This document shows, piece by piece, positions 48,450-56,543 of a stretch of 64,000 nt of DNA (positions within the stretch are counted from its first letter, which is position 1; each line of letters starts with the position of its first letter). Source of the stretch: Bacteroidetes bacterium 2013_40CM_41_45 (GTDB lineage Bacteria > Bacteroidota > Bacteroidia > AKYH767-A > 2013-40CM-41-45); assembly GCA_002215675.1 (NCBI GenBank), contig NGFH01000002.1, positions 76,975-140,974 of the forward strand, read 5' to 3'. A program made the translations under genes and the position numbers. The notes under the pieces were generated by a model that saw only the letters and a list, made by a program, of their open reading frames with translations, had not been told where the DNA came from and made no database searches.

Positions 48450-49320
48450 TCAACACCTCCATTTTATCAAGTGTTTTTTTAAATTGTAATTCCTGAACTC
48501 CGGCATTTTCTGAAAAAGTTACGCCCTGACTTTTATAATCTTTTTTTATTTGTTCCAATTTCGCAAACAGGCCTTCTCTGCTGAGAGCGAATATCGAACC
48601 AGGCATATTTTTTCCAATATGCAGGTCTTTAAATGAAATTGATTTACTGTTGGGACGCGCATCTAAAATGGTAAAGAGCAATAAACCTGTTGGCAAGTCA
48701 TACCGAAGACCACTCTCAATTTTAAAGTAATCTACCCTTTTATTTTCATAGTCACGACCTTCTATTTGCTCCATCAATTGCAAATCCACCAACACACTTG
48801 AAAAATCTTCTTCGATTCCTTCACGTGTATCTTTAGAAGACGGTTTTATGTAAGTGCGAATAAAAACTGCAATGTCGTTATTAATTGTGGTTGTGCTCAA
48901 TTTAATTTCGTCTTCTTGTAGTCGCTTAGTTACAAAAGCGAGTAAATGTTCACGGCTGAATTCCATTCGTTGCCGTCTAAATTCATTAAAGAAAATATTG
49001 TACAATGAAGAATGATTATTGCTTACTAGTAAGTAGTGCAACAACCAAACAGTTGCAATGTTCTCGATATATGGGTCTTCACCCTTTTTGTCGTCAAAGA
49101 TGAATCGTCCGATACCAGTCAACTGATTTTTAGTATCTATCACGCTAAAGCCTTTCATCCAATAATGGACGGCACTCACCATATTCTTACCAACCCCCAA
49201 TTTTATAACAGCTTTTTCCTCACGGAAAGAGTTACCTTCATTCACAAAGTCATAGCCCTTCTTGAGCCAAAAATGCTTACAGATAAATGAATCGTGACCA
49301 GAGAATAACAATTTATTCAT
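48436..49320 (-). CDS. First gene of the operon (294 aa); position and size fit a DUF4007/SspB-like protein
   Basis: Assignment rests on synteny and size only. Overlaps the ATPase gene by 14 nt. Confidence 0.4.
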   Translation of the reverse strand: MNKLLFSGHDSFICKHFWLKKGYDFVNEGNSFREEKAVIKLGVGKNMVSAVHYWMKGFSVIDTKNQLTGIGRFIFDDKKGEDPYIENIATVWLLHYLLVSNNHSSLYNIFFNEFRRQRMEFSREHLLAFVTKRLQEDEIKLSTTTINNDIAVFIRTYIKPSSKDTREGIEEDFSSVLVDLQLMEQIEGRDYENKRVDYFKIESGLRYDLPTGLLLFTILDARPNSKSISFKDLHIGKNMPGSIFALSREGLFAKLEQIKKDYKSQGVTFSENAGVQELQFKKTLDKMEVLNDCY

Positions 49321-49338
49321 AATAAGGGAGCTAAAATA

Positions 49339-49375
49339 TCAAAAAAATAAAGCCACCTGCGTTAAACAGGTGGCT
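49339..49375 (-). terminator. Intrinsic terminator for the upstream 148-aa gene (agccacctg-cgttaaa-caggtggct + T-run on the minus strand)
   Basis: 9-bp perfect stem, then ttatttttttgat reading on the minus strand. Confidence 0.55.
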
Positions 49376-49394
49376 ATGATTGAACAAAAGCACT

Positions 49395-49841
49395 TCAGGG
49401 CTTCACTAACCTCTTTAACAAAGCTATCACTTCCTGCAAATGCTTCACGCTTTCAATCACGATTGTACAACTTGGACCATTCCAGAACTTCTGAACACTT
49501 GCTGTAAGCGTCTTAATTTCATGATGTTTGATTAACTTCCGGGTGTCCTTCTCGGGATGCTTTACTACAAGGTTAATCCTCTTCCGAGAAAAATGGAAGA
49601 AAGCTATGCTCCGGTCTTTCTTAACAGAAATGTAATATTTCTGAGGATTAAACTTAAGTTGCTTGTTGACCTTCAGAAGCTCTTTCTTCACCCTGGTGTA
49701 TATCTGTTTCACATCTTCCGTTGCATCCTTAAGATGATACTCCTCGGTAAACGCTTCCGGCTTAACCTTCGTATGATTACTTTCTACTTTGGCAATCATC
49801 GGCTTAACTTTTTTGGATTGTTTTTTCTTTTTTGTTTTCAT
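49395..49841 (-). CDS. Lys-rich hypothetical protein (148 aa)
   Basis: ORF with its own terminator. Confidence 0.45.
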   Translation of the reverse strand: MKTKKKKQSKKVKPMIAKVESNHTKVKPEAFTEEYHLKDATEDVKQIYTRVKKELLKVNKQLKFNPQKYYISVKKDRSIAFFHFSRKRINLVVKHPEKDTRKLIKHHEIKTLTASVQKFWNGPSCTIVIESVKHLQEVIALLKRLVKP

Positions 49842-49996
49842 GATTGAAAGGTTTGAATTATTAAAGAAATATTTTCAATCATATTAGCAGAGAATAATCA
49901 GCAGTCAAGAAAAAATGTCGTTATAGTTGAGGCATTTCTCTTTGTCCAGAAGAGCAAAATTTGCATAACCAAAATAGAAAAATAAAAACATTACTT

Positions 49997-50031
49997 TTTG
50001 ATGAACGTTACATTTTTTTCGTTTACTTTTG
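49997..50031 (+). promoter_or_regulatory. Bacteroidetes-type promoter (-33 TTTG ... -7 TACTTTTG) upstream of the protease gene
   Basis: TTTG at 49997, TAnnTTTG at 50024..50031, then 16 nt to the ATG at 50048. Confidence 0.35.
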
Positions 50032-50047
50032 TAGAAATAACTCAATT

Positions 50048-50989
50048 ATGATATATCGCGCCAAACAGTATATTGAAGATGTCATGTTTTCAATTATTGG
50101 AAATAATCTTACGGACCTATTTGAAAGTTCTGATTTTGTTATAAGAAAGGCAGTCGGAAATTATAAGGACGAGGATATTCTCTGCTCTGTTATCGGGGTA
50201 GGAATGAGATGGAATGGTCAATTAGAAATAGCATTAGACCGAAAATTTATTTGTCATTCAAAAGCATGTTATTCACTACTCGCAAAAATTTGCGATGCTT
50301 TTCATCTCGCGGAACATAACGTTTTAGTTCATGCAAGATCAAAGTCCAGTATACATTACAAGTATATACAAAGCGGCTCAGCGGTAGGACATCGATCTTT
50401 AGTTGCCAATTCAAGTTATGGAACGCTCGGAGGATTTTTGATTCCACAAAGTGGGGATGGAGGAATAAAAATATTCAGTAACAACCATGTGCTTGCCAAT
50501 TCAAACAATGCTTTAATTGGAGATTCGATTTATAAATATGACACTCATTCAGAGTTAATCGGAAGATTGGAAAATTTCGTCCCAATTGATCGTAACGGTA
50601 AAAATTACCTCGATTTGGCCGTAGCAAGTTTGAATCAGGATGTGGCGCTACCTGCGGTCAATCACTTAAAAAGAAGACTGCCGCAATTAGAGGAAATCGT
50701 TATCAAAGTAGGAGCCGCTACCGGAGAAACTTTTGGTTTTGTTTCTTCAATTGATTATACAGACAAGGTATCTTATGGAAAATTTGATGCCCTTTTCACC
50801 GAACAAATTCAAATTCGCAGTTTCAACGATGTGCCTTTTAGCTCACCTGGCGATTCTGGATCAATTATCTACAGCTCGACTGATAATGCATTTATTGGAT
50901 TGCTGTTTGGCGGTTCAGGTGTAATGACGTTGGCTAACCCAGAGAAATATGTTTATAGTCAGTTGAATCAATGGAGGTATATAAGGTGA
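50048..50989 (+). CDS. Trypsin-like (S1 family) serine peptidase; the ORF-track start at 49961 is probably too early
   Basis: Catalytic Ser motif PGDSGSIIY, His region NNHVLAN, and Gly-rich GGSGV. Confidence 0.6.
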   Translation: MIYRAKQYIEDVMFSIIGNNLTDLFESSDFVIRKAVGNYKDEDILCSVIGVGMRWNGQLEIALDRKFICHSKACYSLLAKICDAFHLAEHNVLVHARSKSSIHYKYIQSGSAVGHRSLVANSSYGTLGGFLIPQSGDGGIKIFSNNHVLANSNNALIGDSIYKYDTHSELIGRLENFVPIDRNGKNYLDLAVASLNQDVALPAVNHLKRRLPQLEEIVIKVGAATGETFGFVSSIDYTDKVSYGKFDALFTEQIQIRSFNDVPFSSPGDSGSIIYSSTDNAFIGLLFGGSGVMTLANPEKYVYSQLNQWRYIR

Positions 50990-51207
50990 TATCAATCGAG
51001 GTAGCAAAAAAATCTCTTGAAAAGGAAGTCATCCATATTCCTAATGTATATGGTATTGGTGTTGTTTTCTCAAATGGTGAAAAGGTGATAGAGGTTTCTG
51101 TCAGCGATGAAGAGACAAAAACCAACATTTTGCAACGGCTTCCCAATAGTAAATGGAATGGATATGTGGTTAACGTGATTATCCGAGAACAGACAAACCT
51201 TTATTGA
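50971..51207 (+). CDS. Small hypothetical protein (78 aa) overlapping the protease gene's 3' end
   Basis: ORF with a 19-nt overlap. Confidence 0.4.
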   Translation: MEVYKVISIEVAKKSLEKEVIHIPNVYGIGVVFSNGEKVIEVSVSDEETKTNILQRLPNSKWNGYVVNVIIREQTNLY

Positions 51208-51264
51208 TAACTTTTTATTTAAACACGAGAAAGAACTGCTGCAAACCCGTAACCACCATTTAAG

Positions 51265-51530
51265 CTGAACGGCAAGACATGCAAGGAGGAATTGGAATAA
51301 ACAAAAGCAAGGTGAAAATCCTTTTAAAATTGAAAGTGTTTGTCGACACGAAGTGACAGAAAAACTTTTTCCTAAAAATTTTTCTCCTTGCTTTTGCTTT
51401 ATGCCGAGAAAATCCTTGCGTTGTCTTGTCCGTTCAGAATACTTTTGTGAAGGGATTGAAGCTGTGGCAGCAAGGTTGTGAAATGAACAAACGATGGCGA
51501 GGCGTAGCCGCCTCGCTTTGTGAATGAACG
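51265..51530 (+). ncRNA. Candidate structured RNA / long imperfect inverted repeat with a terminal GC hairpin
   Basis: gctgaacggcaagacatgcaagg (51265..51287) pairs with ccttgcgttgtcttgtccgttcag (51414..51437). Inner pair caaaagcaagg / ccttgcttttg. Hairpin ggcgaggcg-tagc-cgcctcgc then tttgtg at 51499..51526. Confidence 0.3.
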
Positions 51531-51608
51531 TCCTTGCTTTGTAACTTAGCAATACGGATAAAAATTACGAAGGAATTTCTTATTGGGTATTGCTCCGTAA
51601 TTATGAAA

Positions 51609-52235
51609 TTACTTCAAATCAAATTCCAAACCTAATGCCAAAATAAATCCATCCTGCCAAAAATTGTAGGCAAAACCTTCAATAGTAAAGGGCTTCTTCT
51701 GAACGCTAAACATTACACCTTTATCAATAGCCGGACTGAAATTCGGAAGAGCAATCCACCGCCAGCTTATTCCTATTCCACTGTTAGAAAGCAGAGGAGT
51801 GGTGATTCCTGTCCAGTTGAAGAAGAAGTTTTTTCCATTTTCAATAATACTCACCGCAAATTCGCTCTGACTGAAACCTTTCAGCCATTTGCTTTTGTGA
51901 AGGCATGTCAAGGCAGGCGCAATGCCTTGAAACTGTCCGCATATCCCACCAACCATCGGTATTATTTCCCACTCTTCATTCTTTCCGGCTAAAAACGATT
52001 TGCCGCAGAAAAGAGATACCGTCCTGCGATCCTCGTAATTTAATCTTCCTTCCAGGTAAAAATCATCAGCATAGGTCCAAACCTGCGGAGTAATCAGAAT
52101 ATCCTCCCCAGCCATCCATTGCAAACTGGTGTAAATGCCGGAATTGTGAAAGAGAGAACTCTTCGGCTGTCCGTCTGCTTTAGAGCTAAGGATAAATACG
52201 ATCCCGTACAATAATGATTTAATAAATGTTTTCAC
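51609..52235 (-). CDS. Secreted hypothetical protein (208 aa)
   Basis: Signal peptide MKTFIKSLLYGIVFILSS. Confidence 0.5.
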   Translation of the reverse strand: MKTFIKSLLYGIVFILSSKADGQPKSSLFHNSGIYTSLQWMAGEDILITPQVWTYADDFYLEGRLNYEDRRTVSLFCGKSFLAGKNEEWEIIPMVGGICGQFQGIAPALTCLHKSKWLKGFSQSEFAVSIIENGKNFFFNWTGITTPLLSNSGIGISWRWIALPNFSPAIDKGVMFSVQKKPFTIEGFAYNFWQDGFILALGLEFDLK

Positions 52236-53137
52236 GTGGTTTTTGTGATAATAAATTTTTTCAAAAAGAAAACGGGTTTGTATTTGCTCTTGGAAAGCCG
52301 CAGAGTAGGAATTCCTAAATCCTGTTCAAAGTTTAAATACTTAATTCCTTTTTCGTCCAGCATTTTTCCGACCTCACACAGCAATGCATCGTAAATTCCT
52401 TTGTAGCTTGTATTCGCTTTTCCAAAATGCGCCATAGCATAATCATTGGAAAGTATTTCAACCGTAACAAATCCTATAAGTAAATTGCCATCGTAGAATG
52501 AAACAATAATATTTCCATTCTCGTTGTTCAGCAACAATCTTTCAAACGCTTTGAATTCATTTAATTCCCCATGATTATGATTTTTATTATCTGCCCAACT
52601 CTTAAATAGCGCGATATGCTCATTGATTGATATTTCTTTATCGGAAAATCTCTTTACATGATAATGAGGATAGAATTTCAAGAAACGTTTACACCCCTTT
52701 CCGGCATGAGTGATTTTACTTGCAGGTTGTCTGCATAAATCTTTCAAAAAGGATACAGATAAAATGTAATCGTGGGAATCCTCATCTGGTACAATGCGGA
52801 ATTTGTTATCTGGTAGATCAAGCGCTACTGATTCGGGAATCAGTTTCAGAAAATCAACCTGGAAATTTCTTTTAGAATATTCAAGCAACTCTGTTGCCGT
52901 TTCTGAAAGATTAGTGCTGCCTATGAAGGAGAGAAAGGGCTTTTCAGAGAGGTAGTCATAAAACAGCACGACCAAGTTATCATGAAGTTGCGAAAGCATC
53001 ATTTTATCATTCGTGTTCCATGACGATAAACTCACGAAATTGAAATCAGAATAGGGAAGAAAACTTTGAGTAAATCGGGTTACTTCTTCTTTGTTGCGCC
53101 ATTCAAGTTTTTTGAATTCAGGATAGGAAGGTATCAA
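52232..53137 (-). CDS. Hypothetical protein; possibly DUF2156 / MprF C-terminal-like (tandem GNAT fold)
   Basis: Weak recollection of the family pattern only. Confidence 0.35.
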   Translation of the reverse strand: MIPSYPEFKKLEWRNKEEVTRFTQSFLPYSDFNFVSLSSWNTNDKMMLSQLHDNLVVLFYDYLSEKPFLSFIGSTNLSETATELLEYSKRNFQVDFLKLIPESVALDLPDNKFRIVPDEDSHDYILSVSFLKDLCRQPASKITHAGKGCKRFLKFYPHYHVKRFSDKEISINEHIALFKSWADNKNHNHGELNEFKAFERLLLNNENGNIIVSFYDGNLLIGFVTVEILSNDYAMAHFGKANTSYKGIYDALLCEVGKMLDEKGIKYLNFEQDLGIPTLRLSKSKYKPVFFLKKFIITKTT

Positions 53138-53181
53138 GTGGGTGGTTTTCTTTCCACACTGTCCCTGATGCAGAGGGTACG

Positions 53182-53275
53182 TAAAAAAACTGCGTGGGAC
53201 ATTTCACCTGCCCGCGACAGAGGCACTGGTATGCCCACACACGAAACAAGCAAAAGCCCACGCATTGCATGAACG
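53182..53275 (+). repeat. Structured intergenic repeat element, copy 2 (reverse complement of the 477..572 copy)
   Basis: Closing stem tgcgtggg / cccacgca encloses ~65 nt. On the minus strand it ends ...gtcccacgcagttttttt. Confidence 0.5.
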
Positions 53276-53575
53276 TTTTGCCTAACCTCGTGTGTATGAA
53301 ACTTACCAGTTTTCTGTCGCGAGAATCAGCTTAACGCAATTCTATTTTGATTTTCTTGATTACATTTTTAATTTATTTTTCGTTTGAAACAAATATAATG
53401 GAATTTTTTATCCTGCAAATATCCGTTGCAAACCTACTCATTAAACACCCCAAACGACTAAAAAAGGAAAAGCTGAATGCTCAAGAGGTGACAAGTAGGA
53501 ATTGAATAAATAAAAAGCAAACGGAAAATCTCTTTCAGAAAAAACTTACCGATCTATTTATACGTTTGGAAACGC

Positions 53576-54763
53576 CTAAAATAAAAATGAATGTTCTTTA
53601 GTATACTTATCTAAAAGACTTTTCAATGCAGCTTGCTTAGCTCCCGAAGGAGAAAAAATATTTCCCCAGGGTCCATCTGAGTCAACGGTAAAACTCTGGG
53701 TAACGTATTTCTTGGCGACATTAATAATGCTTATTTTTATTAAAGCGTTGCAAGCGAATGTAACATTGATGCTGTCAGGTTCGGGTCGAGTAAAGTGGTT
53801 ATAATTTATTTTCCCGATAACTAAATAATTTGTATGCATATTTAGTTTTAATTTTTCTATTACAGTTGAGTTGCCTTCAAACAGATCATTGAATTCGGGT
53901 CTTTTTGCGAATCTATTTTTTAGCAAGCCAATACCAGTGCTTTTTCCGCTCTTTGCATATACGTTAGCAATATCACCTGAAAGAGACGTTTCAATATTTC
54001 CTGCAGTATCCACAACTATGACTGATACGTCAACCATCTCTGAAAAATTAACATAAGTGCTTAAATCTTTTTCAGATGATGTGATAAGTATTTTAGAATT
54101 ACCATCTACTGGTATCCTATTTTTTACTTCAGATAAATTATTCTGTTTTTGAAAGGGAGAGGTAATTGAATCCTTCTTTCCCGTCTGTATCTCTGGTGTT
54201 ATTTCGATTTTGCTTGGAAAATACTTGAATAAATAAAAAATTATTACAGACAGAAACGATAGGATTGCTAGCATTGTAATTGCTATCCGTTTTCTTCTTC
54301 GCCATCTCTTCTTCCGTTTTAGTTCCGTTGTATTTTTATCTTCAAAATCTTTTGCTTCTTGTGCCACAGGAACCGTATTAATTTGCTCATCTTTTAAGAA
54401 TTTTGTGAATTCAGAATTACTATTTCCCAACTTGATACAAAATTCTCTGAACGAAAAAGGAATCTGAAATATAGTTTGAATGTCCTGAAGCGTATCGTGA
54501 CTGGGCGTACCTCTAAGATTAAGCGCTTTATAAATATTTTTTTCTGGCGACAGAGTAATTAAAGACTTGCCTGTTGCTTCTATTACTTTTTTATTAGTAA
54601 AGTAACGAAAGTTGACTTCGCTTCTCTTTAATGAGGCTACTGAATCAAACCCGCATATCGTTAGAATATGTAAATTTTCATTAAGATAATGAATGACATA
54701 TTTCACATATGCCTTTCTCTTATCTGCCTCAGTATAATTTTTCATTTTTAAAGGGAGTTTCAA
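53576..54763 (-). CDS. Membrane-anchored hypothetical protein (N-terminal soluble domain, one TM helix, C-terminal domain)
   Basis: TM segment IAITMLAILSFLSVIIFYLF preceded by the basic stretch RKKRWRRRKR. Confidence 0.5.
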   Translation of the reverse strand: MKLPLKMKNYTEADKRKAYVKYVIHYLNENLHILTICGFDSVASLKRSEVNFRYFTNKKVIEATGKSLITLSPEKNIYKALNLRGTPSHDTLQDIQTIFQIPFSFREFCIKLGNSNSEFTKFLKDEQINTVPVAQEAKDFEDKNTTELKRKKRWRRRKRIAITMLAILSFLSVIIFYLFKYFPSKIEITPEIQTGKKDSITSPFQKQNNLSEVKNRIPVDGNSKILITSSEKDLSTYVNFSEMVDVSVIVVDTAGNIETSLSGDIANVYAKSGKSTGIGLLKNRFAKRPEFNDLFEGNSTVIEKLKLNMHTNYLVIGKINYNHFTRPEPDSINVTFACNALIKISIINVAKKYVTQSFTVDSDGPWGNIFSPSGAKQAALKSLLDKYTKEHSFLF

Positions 54764-55031
54764 GAATTCTTGCGAATTCGTGAGAATTCGGGGTGTCTAC
54801 CTTCTTCCTTCTTCTATACTCGCAGAACAAAAATAGAAAATTATAAATGTTGTCTTAAATGCATAAAAAATCCCCGCGTATTATCAGTACACGGGGTGGG
54901 AACAGGACCATAGCCCTGTCTCCTTTTTTTCCTTACGCAATTCACTGGATTGCGAAAGGCAGGCAGATTATAACATACCGTGCTTGTAAAAGTCAAGTGC
55001 TGTAAGCCAAGTCTTTCCTTTCATTTCTTCA

Positions 55032-55586
55032 GTGATTTCCGTAAGGTGCAATTCAAGCAAAATGCACCGAATGAGAAGAAGAAAACATACAGCAAAAAAT
55101 TACTTCCAGGAAGCGGTCATTCAATCCCTCGTTCACTTAAAGAAGGACGATCCTGAGCGTTTTATTGATGTAATTTCCTTACCTGCTATTACAGGTTTAT
55201 TTTCCTCAGAAAAACTAGAATGGCTTGGAAGCGAAAAATCCCTGCGAGTGTTTTTCGATTTATTAAAGGTCAGAGAAAAAATTTCTTGTGAGTGGGAATC
55301 CTTTAAAAGCCTTTTCATCGGACCAGAGCCAATAAATAAGCAAACTTGGAATTCAGAAATCAACGAGTTGATTTATCTGATCGACTGTTTTCGGGACGAA
55401 GGAACTATCCGGAAGCATAAGACGCCACATAAGCAGTTGCAGAAATTATTTTTGAATAAGTATGGAGAGTCATTAGAAAGTAAAATCATCGCTTCAACAC
55501 TTTATAAAGGTATTAGACGCGAAGACATCAGAAACGATTTAGAAGATATTATTAAAGCAGTCCTCAAGGCAAAATCTGGTGGTTGA
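55032..55586 (+). CDS. Hypothetical protein (184 aa)
   Basis: ORF only. Confidence 0.4.
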   Translation: MISVRCNSSKMHRMRRRKHTAKNYFQEAVIQSLVHLKKDDPERFIDVISLPAITGLFSSEKLEWLGSEKSLRVFFDLLKVREKISCEWESFKSLFIGPEPINKQTWNSEINELIYLIDCFRDEGTIRKHKTPHKQLQKLFLNKYGESLESKIIASTLYKGIRREDIRNDLEDIIKAVLKAKSGG

Positions 55587-55668
55587 TGTGGTTGATATTC
55601 CTATGTAATCATCCGATATAACCAGTAACACAAATGCTAGTCAGACCTTAGCATAAAATTAGAGACTC

Positions 55669-55932
55669 ATGAAAACTGAAAAAATTTTTACTTCTTTCAA
55701 GGATAGCCAAACAACCGAGATGGATATCCTAGAAGCTTATGAGCGGCAATTGAGATATCTGCAAAGGACTGATTATTTGAAACCATTTCTCTATAATTTT
55801 TTCATTAACATAATGGAACGATCAATTTATTCTCTTCAAAAAATTGTTGCAGAATACTCAGGCACTGCAGGCTTACGAGCCAAAACACTGTTGGAACAAT
55901 ATATTGGACTTTGGGAAAGTGATTTTAAATGA
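55669..55932 (+). CDS. Hypothetical small protein (87 aa)
   Basis: ORF only. Confidence 0.4.
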   Translation: MKTEKIFTSFKDSQTTEMDILEAYERQLRYLQRTDYLKPFLYNFFINIMERSIYSLQKIVAEYSGTAGLRAKTLLEQYIGLWESDFK

Positions 55933-55990
55933 AAAAACTCGAATCTGCATAAACCAGTTATTACAGTAAAACTTAAAAATTTAATTTAAC

Positions 55991-56230
55991 ATGAACACAC
56001 ATTTCGCAAATTGCGACAGATGCGGAAAAGCTATCCTTTATGGTAACGCATTTGTAAGTATCTCCCGATACGTGGAGCAGATAGAATTCTCTATCGCGCG
56101 AAACCGAATTGAAACACAGCCAATTGATGCCGTTACTATCATAACGATCTGTGCTGCTTGCGGAAATGTATTTGATGAGACAACTTTTCGAAAAATTCTC
56201 AAAAACTCTTTGCTAACTGATCAATGCTGA
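55991..56230 (+). CDS. Zinc-ribbon small protein (CxxC ... CxxC)
   Basis: CDRCGKAILYGN ... ICAACGNVF. Confidence 0.45.
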   Translation: MNTHFANCDRCGKAILYGNAFVSISRYVEQIEFSIARNRIETQPIDAVTIITICAACGNVFDETTFRKILKNSLLTDQC

Positions 56231-56245
56231 AACTTATTAGATAAT

Positions 56246-56533
56246 ATGTTACAGAGAATTTACTTACAATCTGGACTAACTGAGCTTGGTTACAAAGACA
56301 GGCGCAGTTTTAAAAGATGGTGTGAAAATAACGGGGTTGAAATTTTGTCCGATAACGGAAGCAATAAAATGTATGTGCTAGAAGAAGAGTTTAAAGAGGC
56401 AAAAGCACGGAAAGCAAATGACTATCTCAAAAGGAAGGAAGCGGAATTGAAAAAGCAGAACAACTACAAACCCCAAGGAGAACACGAGAAAAAGTTTATT
56501 TCAATATTGACTCGCAAATCTTCCGAGCTATAA
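56246..56533 (+). CDS. Small basic protein immediately upstream of the integrase (excisionase/regulator-like position)
   Basis: Position next to the integrase and its Lys/Arg-rich C-terminus. Confidence 0.4.
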   Translation: MLQRIYLQSGLTELGYKDRRSFKRWCENNGVEILSDNGSNKMYVLEEEFKEAKARKANDYLKRKEAELKKQNNYKPQGEHEKKFISILTRKSSEL

Positions 56534-56543
56534 TCCTCTATCG

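Noticed and set aside
49961-50047. ORF-track start of the protease gene at 49961
   Set aside because: The extension covers the promoter-like TTTG/TACTTTTG elements. The ATG at 50048 has proper spacing to the -7 box.
51313-51417. Shared 9-mer GAAAATCCT between the conserved upstream element (16669, 17372) and the 51.3-kb inverted repeat
   Set aside because: Four hits of an AT-rich 9-mer in 64 kb is within chance expectation, so no functional link is claimed.
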